A stretch of DNA of 64,000 nucleotides from Botryllus schlosseri (Eukaryota), in NCBI GenBank assembly GCA_051294905.1, contig CM119376.1, positions 4,898,001-4,962,000 of the forward strand, given 5' to 3'. The number at the start of each line of letters is the position of its first letter. Within the stretch, counting starts at the first letter, position 1. Made by a program: the position numbers and the translations under genes. This document shows positions 36,322 to 46,876 of this stretch, piece after piece. The notes under the pieces are model-generated. The model was not told the origin of the DNA. It saw nothing but the letters and a program-made list of their open reading frames with translations, and did no database searches.

Positions 36322-39300
36322 ATGAAGCAGAAGAAGCCAAAGTTTGACATAAAAGCTGTAGCATTTTCTTTGGCGATTTCACTTGATGCTATTCCTTCTC
36401 CACAATCCCCTCTAAAGCGTGCAGTCGTCGCACAAGCATGGAAAATACGTCGTACAGTCGCATCTCCTAGAAATATAACGACGGTTTACGATTTGTGGAA
36501 TACTAGCTCTGACTTCAGGGCCATGGTATTGAAATATTTCCAGGAGCACCATCAGCTAAATACTGACGTACATGAATCTCGAGAGGAGTCTCTCCAAGTA
36601 CATACAGCGGAGAGTGGTCTAGAACAGTGATTCCCAACCGCGGCCCCCAGCTAGCCTTCTTGCGGCCCCCCAAGAAATATTGAGAAATCGATTTATGAAA
36701 AAATTATTGGGTACTCTTCGACCAAGATAAAATACGCAAGATTTATAGAAGTGGGCATATCGGCGTTGGCCAATACCGCGCCACGACGCGCGAAGACATA
36801 TAAAGTTTTAGGCCATGTAACATGCGACTCCAAGAAGTGTGCCAGAACAATCGGCAGCGAGAAAACCTTAACCGAAAAGGACTGCCCTTACGCTGACCGA
36901 AAACTTCGTTATGTATATTCAAAATACATATAGGTTTAATTGACCATAGGCGCCTAAATGACTGGCGCCGAATGTTCCTGTCTTGGCAATCTGAACGTCA
37001 CGAGACAAATAGGCTACCATCCCGCAGGGAAGAATTATATGCCAGTGAAGAACTACCAATTTGAAATCATGTGCATCTTTTAGTTTAGTATGTTTGGGCG
37101 ATTCTATAATTCTTGATATAGCAGACTGGAGGTCACGAAATAACAAATAACATCATGTAACGAAGTCGTACCAACGGGTCCACCCGTCCGAATATGCTTA
37201 ATTATTATTTACGGGCCCTACACTTTCCAAGACACCTCAGTCAGCTGTACCGGTAAATCTGACTACGTGAGCAGAGAGGACAAGTAATTGATAGCAATAT
37301 ATATGCAATTCCCGATCTTATTGACCTATTTTATTTTGAATTATCGAAAATTTTCGTGCTCCACGCTGGCTCACTAAACGGGGATCCTGATTTCGTGGCA
37401 GAAGCGAACAACGGCACGGGGGTCGGTTTATCACCCTATGGGTGCTCAATACCTAAGTGTTTTTTTTGGGGGGGGGGGCGACGAAGTGCTGTTTCGTTCT
37501 TGCCAACGGGTATACGCCCGAAGATGTTTAATTATTATTGAGTGGTCCTACTTTATCAAACACAACTCACTCGGCTCAACCGGTCAATCTGATTACGTGA
37601 GCAGAGAGAGGATAAAAACTGATACCAATATATATGCAATTCCCGATTATATTGACCGATTCAATCATGAATTATATAAATTTTTCGCGCTTCGCGCGAT
37701 TAGTCGAGAGAAGCTGCCTAAAACGGACACCCGATTTAGATGATAAATAAGGGTAAACAGCCATCTAGCCTGAGGGGGTCTGGGGGCTTCGAAGTTCTGT
37801 TCATCACCCTATGGGGGGCCCAAGAGAAACGTTTTTTTCGGGGGGGGGGGGGGCGACGAAGTGCTGTAACGGCACTGGTGCAACAAGTGACTCACGATTG
37901 AATACGCCGAGATGCGTACTGCTTATCCGGCAAAAAGCAGCATAATTGGTAGTCCTATAGCTCGCGACTCAAGCGTCCGAATAATTTGATATGTCGGTGT
38001 TCATCGAAAGCAAGTGTCGCACTGATTCCAAAAATACGAATCGGCAATAAAACTACACCGAAATAGCCAGCAAAGGTTGATTGTTCTGAACAACGGGAGC
38101 GCGGCAACACAATGGCCAATGGCGTCAAGCGAATGATCGGAAAAATGTCAATTTTCATATTTTGATGACAATTTTGGGTTCCTTACATTGCCTTGGTATT
38201 CGTGCGGCCCCGGCCGTACTCTGAAATTCTAAATTTGGCCCTGCCACCGAAAAAGGTTGGGAACCACTGGTCTAGAACTTTCGGAAGCGACACGAAATAC
38301 CCGCGTCGAGGAGAACTCCACGATTGACCAATCAAATCTTGAGCACTGTAAAGACACAGAAGCCGTATATTGTTACTGCAAACGACCGTATCGAGGTGAA
38401 TTCATGGTACAGTGTGAAGATTGCAAATTTTGGTTTCATCCTACATGCGCCTTTCGACCCGACAGTAAAGAATCGAAATTTGATCATAATCAATGGCGTA
38501 CTGTATCCTTGCACTGTAGGGTCGACCATAACACAAGCACACAGCGCCCGTTTTATACTCACGCACCTCAGATTGACAATCGTTATGTCGATAAAGAACC
38601 AACGCCGCCCACGCCTCTCCTCAATGAGTTCACGGGACAAGATGGAATGGTAAATGCTTGGGAAGCATGTGATCATACCAAATCGCTTCCACAGTCCCAG
38701 ATTACGTCGATTTCTAAACCTGCCGGGCACAGCGAAATTAATGAATCATGGGTGAGTGATTCCGCAATCGAATCTATTGGAGGAATGACAGCGAAGATCT
38801 CGGACAAGATCAAAGAACCTGATGAGGTGAACTTACGACAGTTAACTTCAATTACTGCAGAAGAATGGAAAAGAGCCATTCAAAATCGAGGCCAACATCA
38901 TTTTGCCAACAAATCTCCGTACGCAGCGACACTTATACGGGCGCTTCGGCAAGTATATGATTCATGTGTGCCGATGATAAAAAGTAATTATTTACGTGCT
39001 CAAGACAAAGTGACAGAGATTACGACGGAATGTGATCGATATTACGAAGGCAATGTTGTACTGTACTGCGGTCATAAAACATGTTGCGAATGTACAGTCA
39101 CTATCCATGCTCAATTGTACAGTATGGTAAATTCGGCGCAAATCGACTTTCATATAACCGGAAACAGGCATCATCGACATGAATGTACTAAATCAAGAAG
39201 AGTCAAAGGCGAACAGCGGCTTCATCTGAAAGAGGAGCTTGATTACAAAACCCCGACTCAAGTGCATCGACATTTATTTGATACATTGTCTGAAAATGAA

Positions 39301-42300
39301 CGATTTTTGGTTCACATACATTCGCACCTTCGACTGACGTTCTGAAAGACATCAAAAGAGATGGTTGTCCAGTGGTAAAATATTCCAAAAACTGGCTATT
39401 CTGCATGGAGAAATTGGTGAAAATATTCACGAATGAGAAGAAAACTAATTTTCTGCGTGCGTGGTCCGCGAATCCCCCAACCGTAACTACGTACAATGAC
39501 GGGCAGATCAATATCTATAAAGAGCTGTGCCGCGTGGATTTCCTTTTCATCGATGGCTCAGGGGGTGTTTTGCGCAGCAGTAAAGGCTTGGGAAATTTTC
39601 AAATCTATGTGCTTTTTGTGCGAAATCCAAGAAAGTGTCGACCGGGAATGCCGGTAGCAAGCTTTCTCACAAGCAAGCATGACGCAATCACAATTGGAAA
39701 CTTTCTGCGAGACTTCATACGCGATTCTTAGGGCAGAGAGCGATCCACGAAACCTCAAATCATTGTAATAGACGGTAGTAAAGCGGTATGGAATGCAGTT
39801 TTGGATGCATTTACCAGAGAAAATAGACTTCAGTATTATTACCGATGCTATCGCATTGTAACTGGCAATGCTACGCAAAATGACATGGAAAAGACATTCG
39901 TAATAAATTGCTACAGTCACAGCATGAAAGCTGCATCCATCCTGTGTCGGAAGCATTACAAAAAGGGATTTGTTGCCACTGCAATGTATTGGATCGGTCT
40001 GTTACTGTCGCAAGATATGCTATCAAAAATGGACGAGATAATGCGCCACATTTGTATTGTGTTGCTTTCTCCAAAATGTACGCCAGTTGTTAATACCAGC
40101 TTTGCGTCTCTGTTATCGCTGCAGAGCGAACAGGAGAATCCAACTGATGCTGCTGTAAATGATCTCAATGAGCCAAGCCACGACGAGGATTATTTTTCTG
40201 GAATAATTCCCGTCGATAAAAAGCAAGAGTTGCAGTCTCCATTTTATACTCGATATCGCAATCTTGAGAAAGAGTGGATGTCAGCAACAGCAACTCGTTC
40301 CAACCTGGAAAGTCAATGTGACGACAACGTCTATTACTCTCCGTCATTTTACACCAAGTTCGTCGAAGTAATCGCTAGTCGACTCGGCGTAACCTCGCGC
40401 CTTCTTCTGGGAGACTTATCAAGGCACAGTCGTCCTGAAATTCCTTCAAACCATTACATGAAATTTGCAAATTGGTGGAAACAATTGAAGAAATATCCTG
40501 GATGCTCAATCTGCGACGGTACAAGAACGCAAGGTGCAATTGAGCAATTTTTCCGACAGTTGAAGCGAAACTATCTAAACAACAAGCGTGCATCAAATGT
40601 ACCAAAGTTCGTATGGGACTACGAAGATGCAACGAGAGTAACTGGTAAATCGTTTGCTGATGATTTAGTGAAAGTCAAGTACGGCTCGCGGCCCGTACCG
40701 AAACGGAAACTCCAAATATATCATCAAGAAGAACATCCGGTACATAAAAAGCCAAAATTTCTTGAGTCGAAATTCAAGAGACGAAGCCAAAGAAAGGGAT
40801 ATTACGGAACTCCCACGGCCGCCGAAAAAATCAGGGATCGTAACTCAAAATCATTGACACCGGAGGGAAAATTCGCAGAAACGTACGTTGTGGAAGTCGA
40901 TACAAGAACACGCCTTGTCGACTGTCGGTACGAAATTGACAGACACAGCGATCAATTCGAAATTCGAAGTCGTTGTGACGTATGCTGATATAATGTCTGT
41001 TTGCCCCAACCCATCAGAGAAAATGATTCAAAATATTAATAAAATCATGGCAAATGACACTAAACCAGGATGGCTAACAGAAGGTATTGTTAATGCTTTT
41101 GTAATCCAGTGTGCGCTCAACGGAAATTCTCAGTTAAATGAAAGCCATTTTGGGTATCTGACAACGGACATGACTCATTTCATACTTTCTGGAAATAAGC
41201 CTCGAGCAGTTCCAGACACTATTCTTGATGACAATCGGCACTTACGCATGGTCATACTATTACCAATCCTTATTCGTCGGGATTTCAATCATTTTGCTCT
41301 TCTCTGTTTTCAAGAAAAGAATAAAATAATCACATTTTTCGATTCCTCTGGTGCCCGTGATACGGAGGAGCAACACGAGATTTTATCGTCATTTACCCAA
41401 TACCTTTCTGGTATTTCTAGGATAGATGTGAACAGCGTGAAGAAGGAATTTTGCGGCGACTTCCTTCAAACCGACTCTTCGTCGTGCGGTGTTTGTACAT
41501 GTATGGCGGCGTGGAGCATATGTTTGCAAGACAAGCACCGTACACATTTGCAAAATGACTTCCGTCATAAAATCATTTGGGACCTACGTCAAGATTATCT
41601 GACATCATCGCACATTGTGCGAAATGCGGAAGTTGAATGTGGCATTATATCCCAGATACCTGGACTCGAAAATCTTGGAAATACCTGCTGGTTCAATGCT
41701 GTTATGCAAACATACTCTCATGTCATACGGCAGGGATTGGGGCCACTGGATGAGAGTAGGCAAATTCTTGGGGAATTCGCGAATATACTTATCCCCTTGA
41801 CAACCTTGAAGGCGGTTGAACGTGACGTATTGCTGAATGCTGTTAAAATTGCATGTGAGAGAACTAAATTGGAGTACGGTGAGCAGCACGATTGTTCTGA
41901 GTTCTATCCAATATCTTCGCTGCCACAAGTATTGGGAGATCTTTGTTGGAAGAACGAATTGAGATACGAGAGGATCATCCACTGCGACGAATGCCAAACG
42001 AATGGAACAACACTCCATCAAGAAAAAATCTTCAACGTGAATTGCGGAGTTGCATCGGTAGCAGAAGCATTTCAGATTTCACAAATCATATGTGAAAAAT
42101 GTGGTTTCGCGATCAATACTAATGTCAAGTTCACTGAAGTTCCGAATCTAGTGACAGTGCGCCTCAATCGTGTGGACTCTATAGGTAGAAAGTTGGAAAA
42201 TACCGTCTTGGCCAACCGAAACCTCCACATTCAGGGACCTGATCAAGGTTGGATCGGATATTCGCTCAGGGCTGTGGTTGCACACATCGGATCGGACGGA

Positions 42301-43011
42301 GACTGACACAATATCGCATATTTAGTCGAGAAGAAATGCTCGGTACGGCTATGCAACGACAAAATTGTGGAATTTGTGGATTCGAAAGAAGCTTTCAATG
42401 CTATGTCAAGGAATGGATACCTCTTTATTTATCTCAAAACAATAAAGCGAAGATTACCTCTGCAAAACTCCCGCAATCGTGAATATTTCATGAAAAGTCT
42501 GCCATTAAAAATGATGGATATCAATGAAGAAGCTAAAGCAATCGGTGACACAATATTTCAGGACATTGTAAATGTTTGTCATCTTACATTACACGAGTCG
42601 CAAAAGGACGTCCGTAGTCAGCGACATGCCCTTTTTCTCCGAAGCAAACACACTGAATTGCAGAAAATGATCGTACCTGTTGGACAAAATGACCTTGAAG
42701 AAATCGAAGTCATATTCCAATATATCAAAAACAAGACCTGCATCTTACAAGCGAAATGGATCAGATATTTGAACACAGGATCAGGATACGTCGCATACAA
42801 CACATTTTCGCGAATAATTTTCAACAAGGCTGTGGTGCGTGAGGACAGTGAGCTCATGAAGAAATTAGAACCAACACACAGCAGCGACAAGTATTTCAAG
42901 TTGGTTGTGTTGCAAGAAGTTACTTTGATGTTTCTGTCCATTACTCAGAAGAGGACATACGAAGAAGTTTTGGAAAATCTGAAGGTGCCATATGAATGGC
43001 GAAAAAAATGA
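36322..43011 (+). pseudogene. Disrupted Mutator-superfamily (NOF-FB-like) transposase polyprotein with PHD, Ulp1 and USP domains
   Basis: ORF 36322-36624 joins in frame to 38278 when the hAT insertion 36625-38269 and one GTCTAGAA TSD are removed. Frameshifts at ~39305 (T-run) and ~40888; in-frame stops TAG 39729-31 and TGA 42304-06. Motifs: PHD YCYC..QCEDC..WFHPTC (38368-38448); Zn ribbon CGHKTC..HHRH (39067-39180); D in FIDGSGG (39552); D in IVIDGSK (39771); CxxH (39909-39920); E in GAIEQFF (40542); Ulp1 H 41290, D 41341, Q 41467, C 41485; USP GLENLGNTCWFN (C 41686), QHD (41884), His box H 42307, ND 42355-60. Confidence 0.88.
36625..38269. mobile_element. hAT (Charlie/Buster-like) non-autonomous element inserted in the transposase ORF
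   Basis: TIR cagtgattcccaacc / ggttgggaaccactg (14/15) with a perfect 8-bp TSD GTCTAGAA (36617-36624, 38270-38277), fitting the NTCTAGAN target preference of this hAT group. Confidence 0.92.
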
Positions 43012-43997
43012 ATTATAACTTACGTTTCTGCAGCTTTCGTCTCGTATTTTGAGTATACTTTTTTGTTGAATAACTATCCAATTCCATTTCATTGGTAGTT
43101 TTGTTAGTTTACTTTTGTTCTGAAATCGCGCAAGACTTTTAAATAGCATGTCGCATGAACGCGTAGGCCAGAAATAAGTATTTACCGGCAAATATTAGTT
43201 TCGTACTTTAAATACGCAATGACTCATTAGACCATACCTGGACATTTTAAGGTCCGCGAAAAGTTGATTGGAAAATGTGAATGCGTGGACTAACACTATA
43301 TAGTCTATACATTACATTACGTAGCCTACGTACATCGCATGCATATACTCCAGATTCAAAATAAAGCCAATATAAAAAGGTATGCCGTAACAAATAAAAT
43401 CGCAACTCACTCTTTCTATATAGTATAGTTCAAACCATGTTTTTTTTTTAATTTCCATTGTTACATTCAGAATTACACGCCGCGTGCTTTTATGTTTTGC
43501 GTCGTGCGAGAATTTCATGAAAACAGAAGCGGAGGCTGAAGACCGACATTTTGCAGAGATTTGTGCCACTAAATATTGTACTCAAGTCAGAGGTATAAAC
43601 GCATCCTTTTAGTTTGTGGTGAGCAAGTTGCCGTGGTTAAGGCATATAAGTTGAGTCGGCATTATGCGAAAAACTGCTAGTGAAATACAGACACTCGGGT
43701 GAGGCTTAGAGAGAGCGCGAATTTCGGATGACTTATTTTACCAAACTGCACACACCTCGGAATGCAGCGACCAAGACCAAGAATAATGACAATGAATATA
43801 TAGTATTTTTTGTAAATTAACCCTCACTTTTTATGACCTAATATTCAACGTTTGACTCAACAAAGTATTTTCTGCATCACATTTGACCCCTCGTGAAAAA
43901 TAATTTCACATCCCAGTTCTGACTGGAAGTACTTTTGTGCTAAAGAACTATCCAATACCGATTCCTTGGTGGTTTCATTGTGATATTTGAAGACGTG

Positions 43998-44324
43998 TGT
44001 AGCCGTTCGGTCGTAGTCTTCGCTATCTAACTGAATGCGGCTATATTACTTCAGGTTCGACTGGACCCAGAGACACATTGCAGATTCGACGGATATATTA
44101 CAACGAAGGCAGGCACAATAAACACATCAATACTTCCAATCCAATCCAAGACTTAACACAGCAACAACTCCATACATAGACCAATTCCAATCCCAATCCA
44201 ACTACATACACAAAGACTAACTCAAATCACTTCCTCTTTTCAATACCGCATGTTACCCTACGCATGACTGGTCTTACAACCAGATAGTCCGGAGTCATTA
44301 TGGCTCCGGAGCCGAGCGGTTACA
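43998..44324 (+). mobile_element. Solo LTR (327 bp), probably Gypsy/Ty3
   Basis: TG...CA ends, terminal inverted repeat tgtagccg / cggttaca, 4-bp TSD CGTG on both sides and AATAAA at ~44117. Confidence 0.75.
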
Positions 44325-44579
44325 CGTGCCAGACTTCTAAGTAAAATATTGAAAGTAAGCTACTAGTGATACTATTCCTATGGACGCGTAGGCCTGAAAT
44401 AATATGTATTTAGACCAAAAATATTGACGAGCTTTTTGTAGGCAGAGACGAGACGACAGATTTCGCATACTCGGAAAGGGTCGTTTACTCTTTCAATTAT
44501 CAAGATACACCAGTCAACGCTGTGTATCATCTAAAAATAGTACATTGAACGCTCTCGTATTCGACATTTCATGCTGTTG

Positions 44580-44850
44580 ACGTCTTACTTTGACGATACG
44601 ATACGATACGATGTGATACGATTGGTGATATACGATGCTCTAGTGAATTCTCTACTAGTTGATGACGATTACCCCTGACGAGTTTCGGCCGAAAATATTC
44701 GGGTACATTTCAATATGACTATTATGCTAATCAATTGTACATTGATGTACTTTACCTCCAAGGAGCTGTACAATCGAATAATATATTCATATTGAAATAT
44801 ATACCCGAATATTTCAGCTGACACTGGTCAGGGGTAATCATCAACAACTT
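44580..44850. mobile_element. Palindromic MITE family fragments
   Basis: gacgattacccctgacgagtttcggccgaaaatattcggg followed by an inverted partial copy; same family as 57483-57803. Confidence 0.65.
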
Positions 44851-45379
44851 TTCCAGATTAGATTAGAATTAGATTACTGGCATTTCGCTCTAATTTAATG
44901 AAATTAGACGACTATAATTATCTAGTTGTCCAAGTCTGGTTCACACTTTCATTTGTCATATTTGGTGATGCGTGTGTTGGTATACAATGTCCTTTCCAAT
45001 CCTCTGCTAGTTGTTAACGATTACCCAATACCGTTTGTGTGATAATTTTATGATTTATTAAAATAGCGAATAACGAGGAAATAACGCTGCATCAAATCTG
45101 TCTTCAAATTCAGTTTTACAATAAATTAGTCGTGATTAGTCAAAAATTCCGCCCGAGAAGTCGACATTTCCGACCACTTGATACGCAAGGGGTTAATATT
45201 GACTATTCGTTCGCCATAATGTTTCACGTGATCATTCGCCGTGTTTCACCTCAGTGCAAGCATTCCGCCGAAATTCCGCCAGGACCACTTCAGTTCTCAA
45301 GTCAACAGTGCACTTGAATGTTCATGGAGCACACGAATAATTTGAAGGACATCATAATATTTTCTAACATAAAAAATTC

Positions 45380-45748
45380 GGTTGCCAGTAAACTCGGCCC
45401 AAAGTAAATTCGGCCCAGGCAAATTCGGCCATTACATCAGTAAATTCGGCCCACCGAGAACATTGTATTAAAATGTATTACCAACCGTTAACATGAATTA
45501 ATTACATAATTATACTATTATTAAGTGATTTGGATGTCAGGGTGTGCGTAGATCGCGTAATCACGGGAGATAGCGCGGATATTCACTGGGACCGGATTTA
45601 CCGACGGCCGAATTCACCGGTCAATTCACTCTTTACTCGGTCAATTCTGCCCTCGGAGAATTTTTTATAAAAATGTATTACCAACTATTAATGTGAATTA
45701 ATTTCATAATTATATTATTATCAAGTGATTTGGAGAACAGGGTATGCG

Positions 45749-45779
<31 letters not shown>

Positions 45780-46398
45780 GCCGATGTTTACGGGGCCGAA
45801 TTTACCGACAGCCGAATTCAATCGGTATATTCGGCCCTCGGAGAACATTGTGTGAACTAAGAATGTGTATTATATTACATAATTATAATATTATCAAGTG
45901 ATTTGGAGGTTAGGGGTTAGGTTTAGGGTTAGGATTAGCGTTAGGGTTAGGATTAGGGTTAGGTTAGGGTTAGGATTAGGGTTAGGTTAGGTTAGGATTA
46001 GGTTAGGATAAGGGTTAGGTTAGGATTAGGGTTAGGGTTAGGTTAGGTTAGGATTAGGGTTAGGTTAGGATTAGGGTTAGGATTAGGGTTAGGTTAGGAT
46101 TAGGATTAGGGTTAGGGTTAGGTTAGGTTAGATTAGGGTTAGGTTAGGGTTAGGTTAGGTTAGGATTAGGGTTAGGATTAGGGTTAGGATTAGGGTTAGG
46201 ATTAGGGTTAGGGTTAGGTTAGGATTAGGGTTAGGTTTGGATTAGGGTTAGGGTTCAGGTTAGATAATGTTATTGTAACTGTTGTTGTTACTCTGGCCCT
46301 GGCCGAATTTACCGAGGGCCGAATTCACCGACGGCCGAAGTGACCGAGGGCCGAATTCGACGGGCCGAATTTACCTTGGGCCGAGTCTACTGGCAACC
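45380..46398. mobile_element. Foldback/MULE-type non-autonomous element carrying a telomere-like array
   Basis: TIR ggttgccagtaaactcggccc / gggccgagtctactggcaacc with reiterated AATTCGGCC subrepeats and a perfect 9-bp TSD AAAAAATTC (45371-45379, 46399-46407). Three ~190-bp internal direct repeats and an (AT)n tract. Confidence 0.9.
45908..46263 (+). repeat. Interstitial telomere-like array (mixed TTAGGG / TTAGG / TTAGGA)
   Basis: About 355 bp of ggttagggttaggattagg variants read directly from the sequence. Confidence 0.95.
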
Positions 46399-46539
46399 AA
46401 AAAATTCACCAACATTTTTAAAATTCTTGCCAGATTATGTGATAGTGTTTTATCAAGTTACTAGTTACCCGATTACTCCGAGTTAAATATCCGGCTCCAT
46501 CAGTGGACGCAAGGTTCTCGACAGCGTGACAGACTTACA

Positions 46540-46797
46540 AGAGAGAGAGAGAGAGATATGATATTCTTTCTCGCCTGCACCATCGAGATGCTTTGGCGAC
46601 GGAGTTGCGATACGGCCCCATGAGGTCATCTAGTCTGCGCACCCGTTTTTTTTTCTCCTCCATGCTATCCGTGATTGCTGAGCGCCTAGCAGGATAGCTG
46701 CGGATACCATTTTTCGAGTCTTTGGTATGACCCGGCCGGGGATCGAACCCACGACCTACCGCTCGAGAAGCCGGACGCATAACCATTACACTATCTC
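46540..46797 (-). mobile_element. tRNA-derived SINE with (CT)n tail, possibly MetaSINE-type
   Basis: Minus strand reads gagatagtgtaatgg (A box), gggttcgatccc (B box), then ggtcataccaaagact..aaaaatggta..ctgctaggcgctcagca, and ends in tctctctctc. The MetaSINE assignment is from recall of the consensus. Confidence 0.75.
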
Positions 46798-46876
46798 AAG
46801 AAATGAGGCTCGTAATAACTCAGGCATGTGGTCGAATTGAACTCGGTGGAATATTGCGTCATGCCATACGCATAGT

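Noticed and set aside
33700-45379. Terminal inverted repeats delimiting the NOF-like transposase element
   Set aside because: By-eye comparison of 33700-35089 with 43011-45379 gave only a 10-bp match (tatatagtct), so the element boundaries remain undefined.
45908-46263. True telomere or chromosome fusion site
   Set aside because: The array is heterogeneous, single-orientation and enclosed by TIRs with a perfect 9-bp TSD.
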